Assembly (NCBI GenBank): GCA_045632105.1
Contig: JAZQVZ010000034.1
Span: 1-55,991 of the forward strand
DNA length: 55,991 bases
Source of the DNA: Eubacteriales bacterium
Lineage (GTDB): Bacteria > Bacillota > Clostridia > Oscillospirales > CAG-272
Direction: 5' to 3'
Positions 1-9,236 of this stretch are shown here, in pieces; the stretch's first letter is position 1, and each line of letters begins with the position of its first letter. The notes beneath the pieces are model-generated. The model searched no databases. It was not told the DNA's origin and saw only the letters and a program-made list of their open reading frames with translations. A program made the translations under genes and the position numbers.

Positions 1-22
1 ACATTTATGGAGGAAACTCAAA

Positions 23-1228
23 ATGGCAAAGGCTACATTTGTAAAAACTAAGCCCCACGTAAACATTGGTACCATCGGTCACGTTGACCATGGTAAGACC
101 ACCCTTACCGCTGCTATCACCAAGACCCTCGGTCTCGCAAACGGTAACGTTGAGTTCATGGCATATGACCAGATCGACAACGCTCCCGAAGAGAGAGCAA
201 GAGGTATCACAATCAACACCAGACACGTTGAGTACGAGACTGATAACCGTCACTACGCTCACGTTGACTGCCCTGGTCACGCTGACTACGTTAAGAACAT
301 GATCACCGGTGCAGCTCAGATGGACGGTGCTATCCTCGTTGTTGCAGGTACCGACGGACCTCTCCAGCAGACCCGCGAGCACGTTCTTCTTGCTCGTCAG
401 GTTGGCGTTCCCGCAATCGTTGTATTCATGAACAAGACTGACCTCGTTGATGACGAGGAGCTTCTTGACCTCGTTGAGATGGAGATCAGAGATCTTCTCT
501 CTTCCTACGACTTCCCCGGCGACGATACTCCTATCGTTCGCGGATCCGCTCGTGAGGCTCTTAACTCCGCTAACACCGACGTAAGCGCTCCCGAGTACGC
601 ACCTATCCTTGAGCTCATGAACGAGGTTGATAACTTCATTCCTACTCCTGAGCGTCAGGCTGACCTCGACTTCCTTATGCCTGTCGAGGACGTATTCTCC
701 ATCTCCGGCCGTGGTACCGTTGCAACTGGTAGAGTTGAGCGTGGTACCGTTAAGGTTGGTGACGTTGTTGAGATCGTTGGTCTCACCGAGGAGAAGAAGA
801 ACACCACCGTTACCGGTGTTGAGATGTTCCACAAGCTCCTTCCCCAGGCAGAGGCTGGTGACAACATCGGTGCTCTCCTCCGTGGCGTAGCTAAGGACGA
901 GATCGAGCGTGGACAGGTTCTTGCTAAGCCCGGTTCCGTTCACCCCCACACCAAGTTCGTTGGTCACGTATACGTTCTTACCGAGAAGGAAGGCGGCCGT
1001 AAGAAGCCCTTCCTCGCAGGTTACAGACCTCAGTTCTACTTCAGAACTACTGACGTTACCGGCGTAATCGGTCTTCCCGCTGACGTTGAGATGTGCCGCC
1101 CTGGCGATAACGTTGATATGACTGTTGAGCTTATCACTCCTATCGCTATCGAAGAGGGACTTCGTTTCGCTATCCGTGAGGGTGGTAGAACTGTTGGTTC
1201 CGGCGTCGTTTCCACCATCATCGAGTAA
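23..1228 (+). CDS. tuf: Translation elongation factor Tu
   Basis: 401-aa ORF with GTPase motifs [21 protein letters not shown]; GGAGG RBS upstream; extreme codon bias typical of a highly expressed gene. Confidence 0.98.
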   Translation: MAKATFVKTKPHVNIGTIGHVDHGKTTLTAAITKTLGLANGNVEFMAYDQIDNAPEERARGITINTRHVEYETDNRHYAHVDCPGHADYVKNMITGAAQMDGAILVVAGTDGPLQQTREHVLLARQVGVPAIVVFMNKTDLVDDEELLDLVEMEIRDLLSSYDFPGDDTPIVRGSAREALNSANTDVSAPEYAPILELMNEVDNFIPTPERQADLDFLMPVEDVFSISGRGTVATGRVERGTVKVGDVVEIVGLTEEKKNTTVTGVEMFHKLLPQAEAGDNIGALLRGVAKDEIERGQVLAKPGSVHPHTKFVGHVYVLTEKEGGRKKPFLAGYRPQFYFRTTDVTGVIGLPADVEMCRPGDNVDMTVELITPIAIEEGLRFAIREGGRTVGSGVVSTIIE

Positions 1229-1242
1229 TTAAAACTCAAATT

Positions 1243-1279
1243 GGCGCCGAGGAATGTAATATTCCTCGGCGCATTTTTT
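1243..1279 (+). terminator. Rho-independent terminator after tuf
   Basis: GCGCCGAGGAAT / ATTCCTCGGCGC 12-bp hairpin followed by TTTTTT. Confidence 0.85.
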
Positions 1280-1285
1280 AAAAAT

Positions 1286-1442
1286 ATCTTTGGGGATTGG
1301 TGTAATTCCATACCGGCGGTATAGTCCGCGAACTCGAAAGAGCCGAGCAGGTGAGATTCCTGCACCGACGGTAAAGTCCGGATGAGAGAAGATAATTGAA
1401 GAATACAACTATCTTCTCCCTATTACAGAAGGGAGATTTTTT
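1286..1442 (+). promoter_or_regulatory. FMN riboswitch (RFN element) with expression-platform terminator
   Basis: Conserved RFN core GGGGATTGGTGTAATTCCATACCGGCGGTATAGTCCGCGA ... CACCGACGGTAAAGTCCGGATGAGAGAAGAT. P1 pairs ATCTTT with GAAGAT. A TCTCCC-10nt-GGGAGA hairpin plus TTTTTT ends right at the ATG of the next gene. Confidence 0.85.
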
Positions 1443-2129
1443 ATGAAAAGTTCAATTAAGATCCGAAGAATAGTGGCGGTTGCCATGTTTTCCGCTCTTG
1501 CCTTCGTTACCACCGTTTTGTGCGGATATTTCCCTAAGGTTGCGGGATTTCTGTCGCTTGACCTTAAGGATGCAATTATAGTTATATGCGCATTGGTATT
1601 TGGACCCTTGACAGCTCTGCCTATTGCTTTCTTGGTTCCCGTGCTTGAAATGTTTACTATAAGCATAACGGGATGGTACGGCCTTGTAATGAATATTTTG
1701 TCCTCGGCTACCTTTGTGCTGGTTACGGGATTTATTTACAAGTATAAGAGAAGCTTTTACGGTGCGATTTTTGGACTGTTAGCGGGAGTTTTTGCGGTAT
1801 CTGCGGTAATGATGGTTGCAAACCTACTTATAACACCTCTTTATCTTACCTATATGCTGGGTGTTCCGTCAACCACAGAGGATATCGTAGCAATGCTTCC
1901 CACGGTGCTTTTGCCCTTTAATTTCATTAAGGCTACGCTGAATGGCGCATTGGTATTGCTTATTTACAAGCCTATATCTACTGCACTTAAGCAGACGGGC
2001 TTTGTTGAGAAAAAGCAGCTTAATCAGCGATCAGAGAAGGGCTTTAATCTGAGAACTTTGGTGGTAGGACTTATTTCAGCGGCAATAATCGTTGCATCGC
2101 TTTGTGTGATGTTTATAGTCTTAAAATAA
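1443..2129 (+). CDS. ribU: ECF-transporter S component, riboflavin-specific (RibU-like)
   Basis: 228-aa polytopic membrane ORF directly behind an FMN riboswitch; size and hydrophobicity fit ECF substrate-capture subunits. Confidence 0.7.
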   Translation: MKSSIKIRRIVAVAMFSALAFVTTVLCGYFPKVAGFLSLDLKDAIIVICALVFGPLTALPIAFLVPVLEMFTISITGWYGLVMNILSSATFVLVTGFIYKYKRSFYGAIFGLLAGVFAVSAVMMVANLLITPLYLTYMLGVPSTTEDIVAMLPTVLLPFNFIKATLNGALVLLIYKPISTALKQTGFVEKKQLNQRSEKGFNLRTLVVGLISAAIIVASLCVMFIVLK

Positions 2130-2151
2130 TAAATAAATTTGAAAATAACTG

Positions 2152-2180
2152 TTGAAAAAAGACAGATCGTATGATATAAT
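2152..2180 (+). promoter_or_regulatory. Sigma-A type promoter for the S-box/metK transcript
   Basis: TTGAAA-17 nt-TATAAT. Confidence 0.6.
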
Positions 2181-2202
2181 ATACAAGATAACAATATAAG
2201 AT

Positions 2203-2320
2203 ATCTTATCAAGAGTGGTGGAGGGACAGGCCCGATGAAGCCACGGCAACCTGCAAAACGTAAGGTGCTAATTCCGGAAGATGAGAAAATGAAATCTCCG
2301 GCTCTGTCGGAGATTTTTTT
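2203..2320 (+). promoter_or_regulatory. SAM-I riboswitch (S-box) with terminator
   Basis: TCTTATCAAGAGTGGTGGAGGGACAGGCCCGATGAAGCCACGGCAACC...GGTGCTAATTCC...GATGAGA. P1 pairs TCTTATC with GATGAGA. An AATCTCCG-loop-CGGAGATT hairpin plus TTTTTTT follows. Confidence 0.9.
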
Positions 2321-2338
2321 ATGAAAGGAAATGAGAAA

Positions 2339-3520
2339 ATGAATAAAATGCTTTTTACGTCCGAATCGGTTACCGAAGGACATCCCGACAAAATAAGCGA
2401 TAAGATCTCCGACGCGATACTTGACGAGCTTCTCCGTCAGGACCCTATGTCCAGAGTTGCTTGTGAGACCTTCTGTACCACAGGTCTTGTTACCGTAATG
2501 GGAGAGATCACTACTAAGGCATACGTTGACTTCCAGAGCATAGTAAGAGAGACCGTACGTGAGATCGGTTACACCAGAGCAAAGTACGGCTTTGACTGTG
2601 ACAGCTGCGCGGTTATCAGCTCTATTCACGAGCAGTCCCCTGATATTGCAATGGGCGTTGACAAGTCGCTTGAGGCAAAGCAGGGTGAGGGCGACGGACT
2701 TGACATCGGTGCAGGTGACCAGGGAATCATGTTTGGCTACGCTTGTAACGAGACCTCAGAGCTTATGCCTCTGCCCATATCTCTTGCTCATAAGCTTGCA
2801 AAGAGACTTACCGACGTTCGTAAGAACGGAACCCTTGATTACCTCCGTCCCGACGGAAAGACTCAGGTTACCATTGAGTACCACGACGGTAAGCCCGTTC
2901 GTGTTGACACCGTGGTAATTTCTACTCAGCACAGCGCAGAGGTTGAGCTTGAGCAGATCAGAGCTGATATGATCAAGTACGTAATCGAAGAAATAGTTCC
3001 CGCTTCTCTTATGGACAGCGAGACTAAGATATACGTTAACCCCACAGGACGCTTCGTAGTAGGCGGCCCTGCAGGTGACACAGGCCTTACAGGAAGAAAG
3101 ATAATCGTTGATACCTACGGCGGATATTCCCGTCACGGCGGCGGAGCTTTCTCCGGTAAGGACCCCACAAAGGTTGACCGTTCCGCATCCTACGCGGCTC
3201 GTTACGTTGCAAAGAATATCGTAGCGGCAGGTCTTGCAGAGAAGTGCGAGATCCAGCTTGCTTACGCTATCGGCGTAGCAAAGCCCGTATCGGTAATGGT
3301 TGATACCTTTGGAACGGGTAAGGTTGACGAGGGCGCGATCTCCGAGGCTGTAAGCAAGTGCTTTGACTTCCGTCCTGCGGCTATTATCAAGAATTTTGAC
3401 CTTCGCCGTCCTATCTACTGTCAGACAGCGGCTTACGGTCACGTGGGCAGAGAGGATATCGATCTGCCTTGGGAAAAGACCGATCTTGCTGACAAGATAA
3501 AGGCAGAGCTTGGTCTTTGA
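2339..3520 (+). CDS. metK: S-adenosylmethionine synthetase
   Basis: Motifs [20 protein letters not shown]. The ORF opens at 2321 but the ATG at 2339 (MNKMLFTSE) has better RBS spacing; start uncertain within 2321-2348. Confidence 0.95.
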   Translation: MNKMLFTSESVTEGHPDKISDKISDAILDELLRQDPMSRVACETFCTTGLVTVMGEITTKAYVDFQSIVRETVREIGYTRAKYGFDCDSCAVISSIHEQSPDIAMGVDKSLEAKQGEGDGLDIGAGDQGIMFGYACNETSELMPLPISLAHKLAKRLTDVRKNGTLDYLRPDGKTQVTIEYHDGKPVRVDTVVISTQHSAEVELEQIRADMIKYVIEEIVPASLMDSETKIYVNPTGRFVVGGPAGDTGLTGRKIIVDTYGGYSRHGGGAFSGKDPTKVDRSASYAARYVAKNIVAAGLAEKCEIQLAYAIGVAKPVSVMVDTFGTGKVDEGAISEAVSKCFDFRPAAIIKNFDLRRPIYCQTAAYGHVGREDIDLPWEKTDLADKIKAELGL

Positions 3521-3535
3521 TCAAAAGTGCATTGG

Positions 3536-3585
3536 GCGCAATGCTCTTTGGCGAGAGCGCCGAGAGCATTGCGCTATTGTTTTTG
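3536..3585 (+). terminator. Terminator after metK
   Basis: GCGCAATGCTCT ... AGAGCATTGCGC 12-bp stem (large loop) followed by a T-rich tract. Confidence 0.6.
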
Positions 3586-3601
3586 AAAGGAGGGAGCCCT
3601 T

Positions 3602-5818
3602 ATGGAAAAGGATCAGTACGGTCTGCAAAAGATCGAAGGAAGCGTTGAGCAGATAGTTTATTGCAATGCTGATAACGGATACACCGTTTGCGACGTTGCG
3701 GTTGACGAGGAAATGATAACCGTCTGCGGAATTATGCCTATGCTTTGCGAGGGCGACCGCCTTTGCGCCTACGGTAGATGGGTACATAGCGCTAAATACG
3801 GCAGACAGTTTTCGGCTGAGCAGTACGAGAGAGTAATGCCCGCCGACACTGCTTCGATGCTTCGTTATCTTTCCTCGAGAGCCGTGAAGGGCATAGGTCC
3901 TAAAACTGCGGTGAAGATAATCGAGGAGTTTGGAGAGGATGCCTTTGACGTTATCGAAAACCATCCCGAATGGTTAGCCGAGATAAAGGGGATCTCTATG
4001 AAGATAGCCCTTGCCGCCTCCGAAAGCTTCAAGGAGCAGACGGGAATACGCTCGGCTATGATGTTCTTCAGAGACTATTTTGGCGCGGCTACCACCGTGA
4101 AGATATACAAGAAGTGGGGTGGCGCTTCGGTTGATATTGCCAAGAAAAATCCTTATAGACTATGCAACGAGATAGAGGGAATAGGCTTTGAAAGAGCTGA
4201 CGCTCTTGCCAGCGGTCTTGGGTTGCAGAACGACAATTTTGACCGTATTATGAGCGGTCTTAACTACGTTTTGCAGAAAAATGCCGCTCAAAACGGACAC
4301 GTTTGTCTGCCGAGAGCTAAGCTTCGCGATGCGGGCGCAGAGCTTCTCGGTGTGTCGGTTGAGGATGCTGACAGCGCAATATCCGAGCTTTTGAAGATGG
4401 GTCGCTTTAAGTACGTAATTCACGACGGGGAGCAGATGATATATACTTCTTCTGCTTATGACGAAGAAAAATATATTGCGCAGAAGCTCGTTCAGCTTGA
4501 TAAAATGTGCGTAACCGTTGACGTTCAGGATATAGACAGGTTTATAGAACGCGAGGAGATGTCCTCGGGAATGTCCTATGCTTCTCTGCAGAAGCAGGCT
4601 ATATCCGACGCCCTTCGATACGGCGTAATGATACTTACGGGAGGCCCTGGAACGGGAAAGACCACCGTAGTACGCGCACTGATACATATTTTTGACAGTA
4701 TGGGATACCATATAGCTCTTGCGGCGCCTACGGGCAGAGCCGCAAAGCGAATGTCAGAGGCGACGGCCAAGGAGGCAAAGACCATACACCGTTTGCTTGA
4801 GATGAGCTTTGACCCTGAGGGAAGAGCGGTATTTGGCAGAAACGAGTTTGACCTTCTTGAAGAGCAGATAATCATAGTTGACGAGGCATCGATGATAGAC
4901 AGCTCGCTTATGTGCGCTCTTCTCAAGGCGGTAAAGCCGGGTGCGAGAATGATAATCATAGGCGACTCGGATCAGCTTCCATCGGTGGGAGCGGGTAACG
5001 TGCTTCGTGATATTATCGACAGTGGGCGCTTTTCTACCGTAAGACTTACAGAGATTTTCAGACAGGCTCAGGAGAGCCTTATAATTACAAATGCTCACGC
5101 TATAAACCGTGGAGAGATGCCCGAGCTTTCGGTAAAGGACAACGATTTCTTCTTTCTTAAGCGCGGAAGTGATAGGGATATAGCAAGTACCGTTGTCGAT
5201 CTTTGCAAAAACAGATTGCCCCGAACCTATGGCGAGATGGCTCGCAGTGGGCTTCAGGTTATATGCGCCTCGAGAAAGGGTGAGGCGGGAACCGAAAATC
5301 TCAACATTCTGCTTCAGCAGGCGTTAAATCCCAAGAACCGTAACCGCCGTGAGTATATCTTCCGTGACAGAGTGTTCAGAGAGGGCGACCGAGTTATGCA
5401 GACTCGAAACAATTACGATATGGCTTGGGATAGGGTGTATGACGGCAAGGTCGGAAGCGGAATATTTAACGGAGATATTGGCGTTATCGAGGAGATAAAC
5501 GACAACGAAAAGGTGATGGTCATCATCTTTGACGACAAGCGTGTGGAGTATGACATTTCTCTGCTTGAGGATCTGGAGCATGCTTATGCCGTGACCGTTC
5601 ACAAGAGTCAGGGTAGTGAGTATCCAATTGTGGTGATGCCTATGTGCAGCGCGGCGCAGATGCTTCACACCAGAAATCTTTTGTACACTGCTGTGACCCG
5701 TGCGCAGAATATGGTAATACTTGTGGGACGTGAGGAAATAATCGCTGAGATGGTCAACAACGACCGTCAGTCTATGAGATATACGGGGCTTTGCCGCCGT
5801 CTTGGAGGTAAAGAGTGA
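3602..5818 (+). CDS. recD2: ATP-dependent RecD2-like DNA helicase
   Basis: 738 aa; Walker A GGPGTGKTT, Walker B IIVDEASM, C-terminal AVTVHKSQGSEY helicase motif; GGAGGG RBS. Confidence 0.9.
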   Translation: MEKDQYGLQKIEGSVEQIVYCNADNGYTVCDVAVDEEMITVCGIMPMLCEGDRLCAYGRWVHSAKYGRQFSAEQYERVMPADTASMLRYLSSRAVKGIGPKTAVKIIEEFGEDAFDVIENHPEWLAEIKGISMKIALAASESFKEQTGIRSAMMFFRDYFGAATTVKIYKKWGGASVDIAKKNPYRLCNEIEGIGFERADALASGLGLQNDNFDRIMSGLNYVLQKNAAQNGHVCLPRAKLRDAGAELLGVSVEDADSAISELLKMGRFKYVIHDGEQMIYTSSAYDEEKYIAQKLVQLDKMCVTVDVQDIDRFIEREEMSSGMSYASLQKQAISDALRYGVMILTGGPGTGKTTVVRALIHIFDSMGYHIALAAPTGRAAKRMSEATAKEAKTIHRLLEMSFDPEGRAVFGRNEFDLLEEQIIIVDEASMIDSSLMCALLKAVKPGARMIIIGDSDQLPSVGAGNVLRDIIDSGRFSTVRLTEIFRQAQESLIITNAHAINRGEMPELSVKDNDFFFLKRGSDRDIASTVVDLCKNRLPRTYGEMARSGLQVICASRKGEAGTENLNILLQQALNPKNRNRREYIFRDRVFREGDRVMQTRNNYDMAWDRVYDGKVGSGIFNGDIGVIEEINDNEKVMVIIFDDKRVEYDISLLEDLEHAYAVTVHKSQGSEYPIVVMPMCSAAQMLHTRNLLYTAVTRAQNMVILVGREEIIAEMVNNDRQSMRYTGLCRRLGGKE

Positions 5819-6576
5819 ATATTTTGGAGCTGACTCAAAGACTTTTCTGCGTTCATAAGTGCGCCGCTTGTCGCACTATATTGGATCAGGCTCATTTTTA
5901 CAATGCTCTTTGTCCAAAATGCGCCGAAGGCTTTGGCAGGGCGAAGATAGAAAGCTGTCCTGAGTGCTTGCGCTCGGCGGTGGAATGCTCCTGTCAGCCT
6001 AAGATTCTTATCGACGGTGGTTCGCTCTGTCTGAGAAGATTGTATTTTTACTCCTCCGACAGGGAAAGAGAACCTCAAAACAGGCTTTTATATAACCTCA
6101 AGCGCAGAACGAACGTAAGAGCCGAGGAGTTTGTGGCGAGAGAGCTTTATACGCTTATTCGTGAGGAGTTTGATACTCTTGGCGTTGAGAATGCCGAGAA
6201 AGAGGTGGCTATCGTTAATCTGCCTCGAGGTCGCAGAGCCGTAATAGAAAAGGGCTTTGACCAATCGGCGCGTATATGCGAGGCACTAAGCAGAATAAGC
6301 GGTATTCCGTACCTTCCTGCCGTTAAGCGAAGATTTGGCGGAAAAGAGCAAAAAAAGCTTAATGCTACCGAAAGAAAAAAGAATATGAGGTCATTGATGC
6401 GACCCGATATGAAATACGCTGAGCAGATAAAGGGAAGATACGTTATTCTGCTTGACGACGTGGTAACTACGGGCGCGAGTATGAGCTCCTGCCTTCCTAT
6501 TTTGAGAAAAATGGGAGTAAGGGGCGTGATATGCTGCGCTATGGCATCGGATATAAAGAAGAAAAAGCAGAGATGA
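5815..6576 (+). CDS. ComF-family protein (phosphoribosyltransferase domain)
   Basis: N-terminal Cys pairs (CVHKCAAC, CPKC) and PRTase motif VILLDDVVTTGAS; GTG start overlaps the recD2 stop by 4 nt. Confidence 0.85.
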   Translation: MNILELTQRLFCVHKCAACRTILDQAHFYNALCPKCAEGFGRAKIESCPECLRSAVECSCQPKILIDGGSLCLRRLYFYSSDREREPQNRLLYNLKRRTNVRAEEFVARELYTLIREEFDTLGVENAEKEVAIVNLPRGRRAVIEKGFDQSARICEALSRISGIPYLPAVKRRFGGKEQKKLNATERKKNMRSLMRPDMKYAEQIKGRYVILLDDVVTTGASMSSCLPILRKMGVRGVICCAMASDIKKKKQR

Positions 6577-6586
6577 AATATTTCTC

Positions 6587-6615
6587 TTGCATTTTTTGTA
6601 AATTCATTGTATAAT
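6587..6615 (+). promoter_or_regulatory. Sigma-A type promoter upstream of mreB
   Basis: TTGCAT-17 nt-TATAAT. Confidence 0.6.
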
Positions 6616-6648
6616 ATATTTGTATTGTTGTAAAGAAAGGAGGACGCT

Positions 6649-7692
6649 ATGGCTTTTAGTGCAAAACAGCTGTTTTCAAGAGATATCGGCATAGATCTTG
6701 GCACCGCGACGGTGTTGGTCTACGTTGAAGGCAAGGGAATAGTGCTTAACGAGCCCTCGGTGGTGGCGGTTGACAACAGTAACGACTGCATCGCCAAGAT
6801 AGGCAAGGACGCTCAGGCTATGCTTGGACGAAATCCTGCTCACATAGACGTTATTCGTCCTCTGAAGGAAGGGGTCATCAGCCGCTACGACGTGACCCAG
6901 AAAATGATACAGTATTTTATTCGCCGTGCCTGCGGAAACGCAGTATTTCCTCCTCGTGTGGTCATTTGCATACCTACGGGCATAACCGAGGTAGAGGAGA
7001 GAGCGGTGATTGATGCGGGTACTCAGGCGGGCGCTCGCAGAACCTATCTTATCGAGGAGCCTATTGCGGCGGCTCTCGGCGCAGGACTTGACGTTTATAG
7101 CCCTGTGGGTAATATGATAGTGGATATCGGCGGTGGAACCACCGACGTTGCGGTGATCTCTCTTGGCGGAGTTGTTGTGTCCCAGTCTGTAAAGATAGCG
7201 GGTGACAAGTTCGATGAGGCGATAATGAGATACGTCCGCAGACGTTACAACGTAGCTATCGGTGAGAGAACTGCTGAGCGTGTAAAGATGCAGATCGGTA
7301 TGGTCTACGAGCACGCTGAGGCAAAGACCATAGAGGTCAAGGGCAGATGCTTGATACAGGGACTTCCCAAGAATATAACCCTGTCCTCGAAGGATATGCT
7401 TGAGGCTATGATGGAGCCTATCTCTGCCGTGCTTGATACTATATGCTCGGTAATAGAGAAGACACCTCCCGAGCTTGTAGGAGATATACTTAAAAACGGA
7501 ATAATACTGGCAGGTGGCGGAAGCCTTCTGATGGGACTTGACCGTCTTATCGAGGACGTTACGGGTATTAAGACCAAGCTTACCAAGGAGCCTATCAAGT
7601 GTGTGGCTCTTGGTACGGGCAAGGTTCTCAATATGCTTAAGGGAATGCCCGAGGGCACTATCGATCTTGCCAGATTCAGACAGAAAATATAA
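6649..7692 (+). CDS. mreB: Rod-shape-determining actin homologue MreB/Mbl
   Basis: 347 aa; IGIDLGTA and DIGGGTTD actin-fold phosphate motifs; AAAGGAGG RBS. Confidence 0.93.
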   Translation: MAFSAKQLFSRDIGIDLGTATVLVYVEGKGIVLNEPSVVAVDNSNDCIAKIGKDAQAMLGRNPAHIDVIRPLKEGVISRYDVTQKMIQYFIRRACGNAVFPPRVVICIPTGITEVEERAVIDAGTQAGARRTYLIEEPIAAALGAGLDVYSPVGNMIVDIGGGTTDVAVISLGGVVVSQSVKIAGDKFDEAIMRYVRRRYNVAIGERTAERVKMQIGMVYEHAEAKTIEVKGRCLIQGLPKNITLSSKDMLEAMMEPISAVLDTICSVIEKTPPELVGDILKNGIILAGGGSLLMGLDRLIEDVTGIKTKLTKEPIKCVALGTGKVLNMLKGMPEGTIDLARFRQKI

Positions 7693-7739
7693 AATAGGGT
7701 GTCTTTGACACCCTATAAAATTTACAAGGAGAACTATTT

Positions 7740-9188
7740 ATGCTTCGTAAGGATTTTGCCTATAAGGGACTTATGAGATTTTTTGAGGAGATATCGGCTA
7801 TCCCTCGCCCCAGCTTCCACGAGGAACGTATTGCCGACTATTTGTGCGACTTTGCAAGAGATAGAGGACTTGAATACTACCGCGACGAGATACACAACGT
7901 GTTTATCAAAAAGAACGGCAGTGAGGGTCGTGAGAACGAGCCTGCGCTTCTTCTTCAGGGACATACCGATATGGTGTGTGAGAAGAACGAGGGGACTGTA
8001 TACGATTTTATGACCGACGGTCTTAAGCTCTACGAGGAGAACGGCTCTCTGCGCGCAGAGGGAACCACTCTTGGCGCTGATAACGGAGTTGCGGTTGCCA
8101 CGATGCTTTATATCCTTGACGGAGCAGAGGGTAATATTTCCTCTCATCCTCCCATCGAGTGCCTTTTTACAGTATCCGAGGAGGTAGGTCTTGAGGGCGC
8201 TAACGGCTTTGATTACGATAAGATAAGCGCTCGAAGAATGATAAATATGGACAGCGCAGACGAGTCGCTGATAATTGCGGGCTGTGCAGGCGGTCAGCGC
8301 ACTAACCTTATATTTACTCCCGACACCGAGAGCTCCTCGGCAGAGGGCGTTCTCATTCGTGTTAAGGGCCTTGCAGGCGGACATTCGGGCGAGGATATAG
8401 AAAAGGGCAGAGCTAATGCAAATAAGCTTATAGGCAGAGTTCTTTTGACCCTCTCCCAGAAGTATGATATAAGAATAGCGTCTATCAAGGGCGGAAGCAA
8501 GGACAATGCTATTCCCCGTGAGGCGCAGACCCTGATATGCACCTCTACTCCCGATGCAGTTATTGCAGAGGTAGCTGAGCTGGCTGAGGTCATTTGCCGT
8601 GAGCTTGGCAGTGACGATTCGGGATTTTCTATGACTGCTACTTCGACTACTGCGCCCGGCGTGGTAATGACCAAGGAAGCAGGCGAGAAGATAGTATTCC
8701 TTATAGTTACAGCACAGAACGGAATATTCGAGATGCACAAGAGCATCAAGGGTCTTGTTGAGTTTTCGAGAAATCTCGGCGTTATAGAAACCGCAGACGA
8801 TCTTTCCAAGGTGAAGATGACCTTCAATTCCCGTTCTCCCAGAAACTCGCAGATGGAGTATTCGGTAGAGCAGCTTGAGGCTTATGCAAGACTTCTTGGC
8901 GCACAGGTTGAGAGCGGAAATTGGTATCCCGGTTGGGAGTACGCTGACGTATCTCCTCTGCGCGATGCTTACGCTGAGTGCTACCGTCAGGTCTTTGGAA
9001 AGGACGTTTCTATAACTACCATTCACGCGGGTCTTGAGTGCGGAATTATAAAGCAGCGCGTTCCCGAGATGGATATTATATCCTGCGGACCTATCGTGCT
9101 TGATCTTCACTCTCCCGAGGAGTCTATGGACATTGCCTCCTTTGAGAGATTCTTTACTGTAATTAAGACGCTGTTGCCTACTCTTTAA
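7740..9188 (+). CDS. pepD: Aminoacyl-histidine (Xaa-His) dipeptidase, M20 family
   Basis: 482 aa; HTDMV, GADNG, SEEVGLEGA metal-ligand motifs of M20 peptidases. Confidence 0.85.
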   Translation: MLRKDFAYKGLMRFFEEISAIPRPSFHEERIADYLCDFARDRGLEYYRDEIHNVFIKKNGSEGRENEPALLLQGHTDMVCEKNEGTVYDFMTDGLKLYEENGSLRAEGTTLGADNGVAVATMLYILDGAEGNISSHPPIECLFTVSEEVGLEGANGFDYDKISARRMINMDSADESLIIAGCAGGQRTNLIFTPDTESSSAEGVLIRVKGLAGGHSGEDIEKGRANANKLIGRVLLTLSQKYDIRIASIKGGSKDNAIPREAQTLICTSTPDAVIAEVAELAEVICRELGSDDSGFSMTATSTTAPGVVMTKEAGEKIVFLIVTAQNGIFEMHKSIKGLVEFSRNLGVIETADDLSKVKMTFNSRSPRNSQMEYSVEQLEAYARLLGAQVESGNWYPGWEYADVSPLRDAYAECYRQVFGKDVSITTIHAGLECGIIKQRVPEMDIISCGPIVLDLHSPEESMDIASFERFFTVIKTLLPTL

Positions 9189-9236
9189 AAATAAAAATAG
9201 CGCCTCGACCAAAAGACGAGGGGCTTTGCTCTTTAT

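Noticed and set aside
5-967. 320-aa ORF antisense to tuf
   Set aside because: Codon-aligned shadow frame of a gene with unmistakable EF-Tu motifs. It has no RBS, and the translation is low-complexity (V/L/N/G/S/T rich).
2024-2629. 201-aa minus-strand ORF covering the ribU end, the S-box and the metK start
   Set aside because: It runs antisense through a promoter, a riboswitch and two well-supported genes, and has no RBS. It is an artefact of open frames.
7695-7715. TAGGGTGTC-ttt-GACACCCTA hairpin after mreB as a terminator
   Set aside because: The stem is good, but the 3' flank is TAAAATTT rather than a U-tract. It could be an attenuating or RNA-stability hairpin, so it is not listed as a confident terminator.
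7734-9212. 492-aa ORF antisense to pepD that covers the whole gene
   Set aside because: It shares codon boundaries with pepD (both congruent to 0 mod 3) and is explained by lack of TTA/CTA/TCA codons in pepD. pepD has the M20 metal-ligand motifs and an AAGGAG RBS; the antisense product has no recognisable motifs.
9202-9224. Possible terminator hairpin between convergent pepD and the NhaC-family gene
   Set aside because: There are only about 5 uninterrupted base pairs (CCTCG/CGAGG) and no clean T-tract, which is too weak to call.
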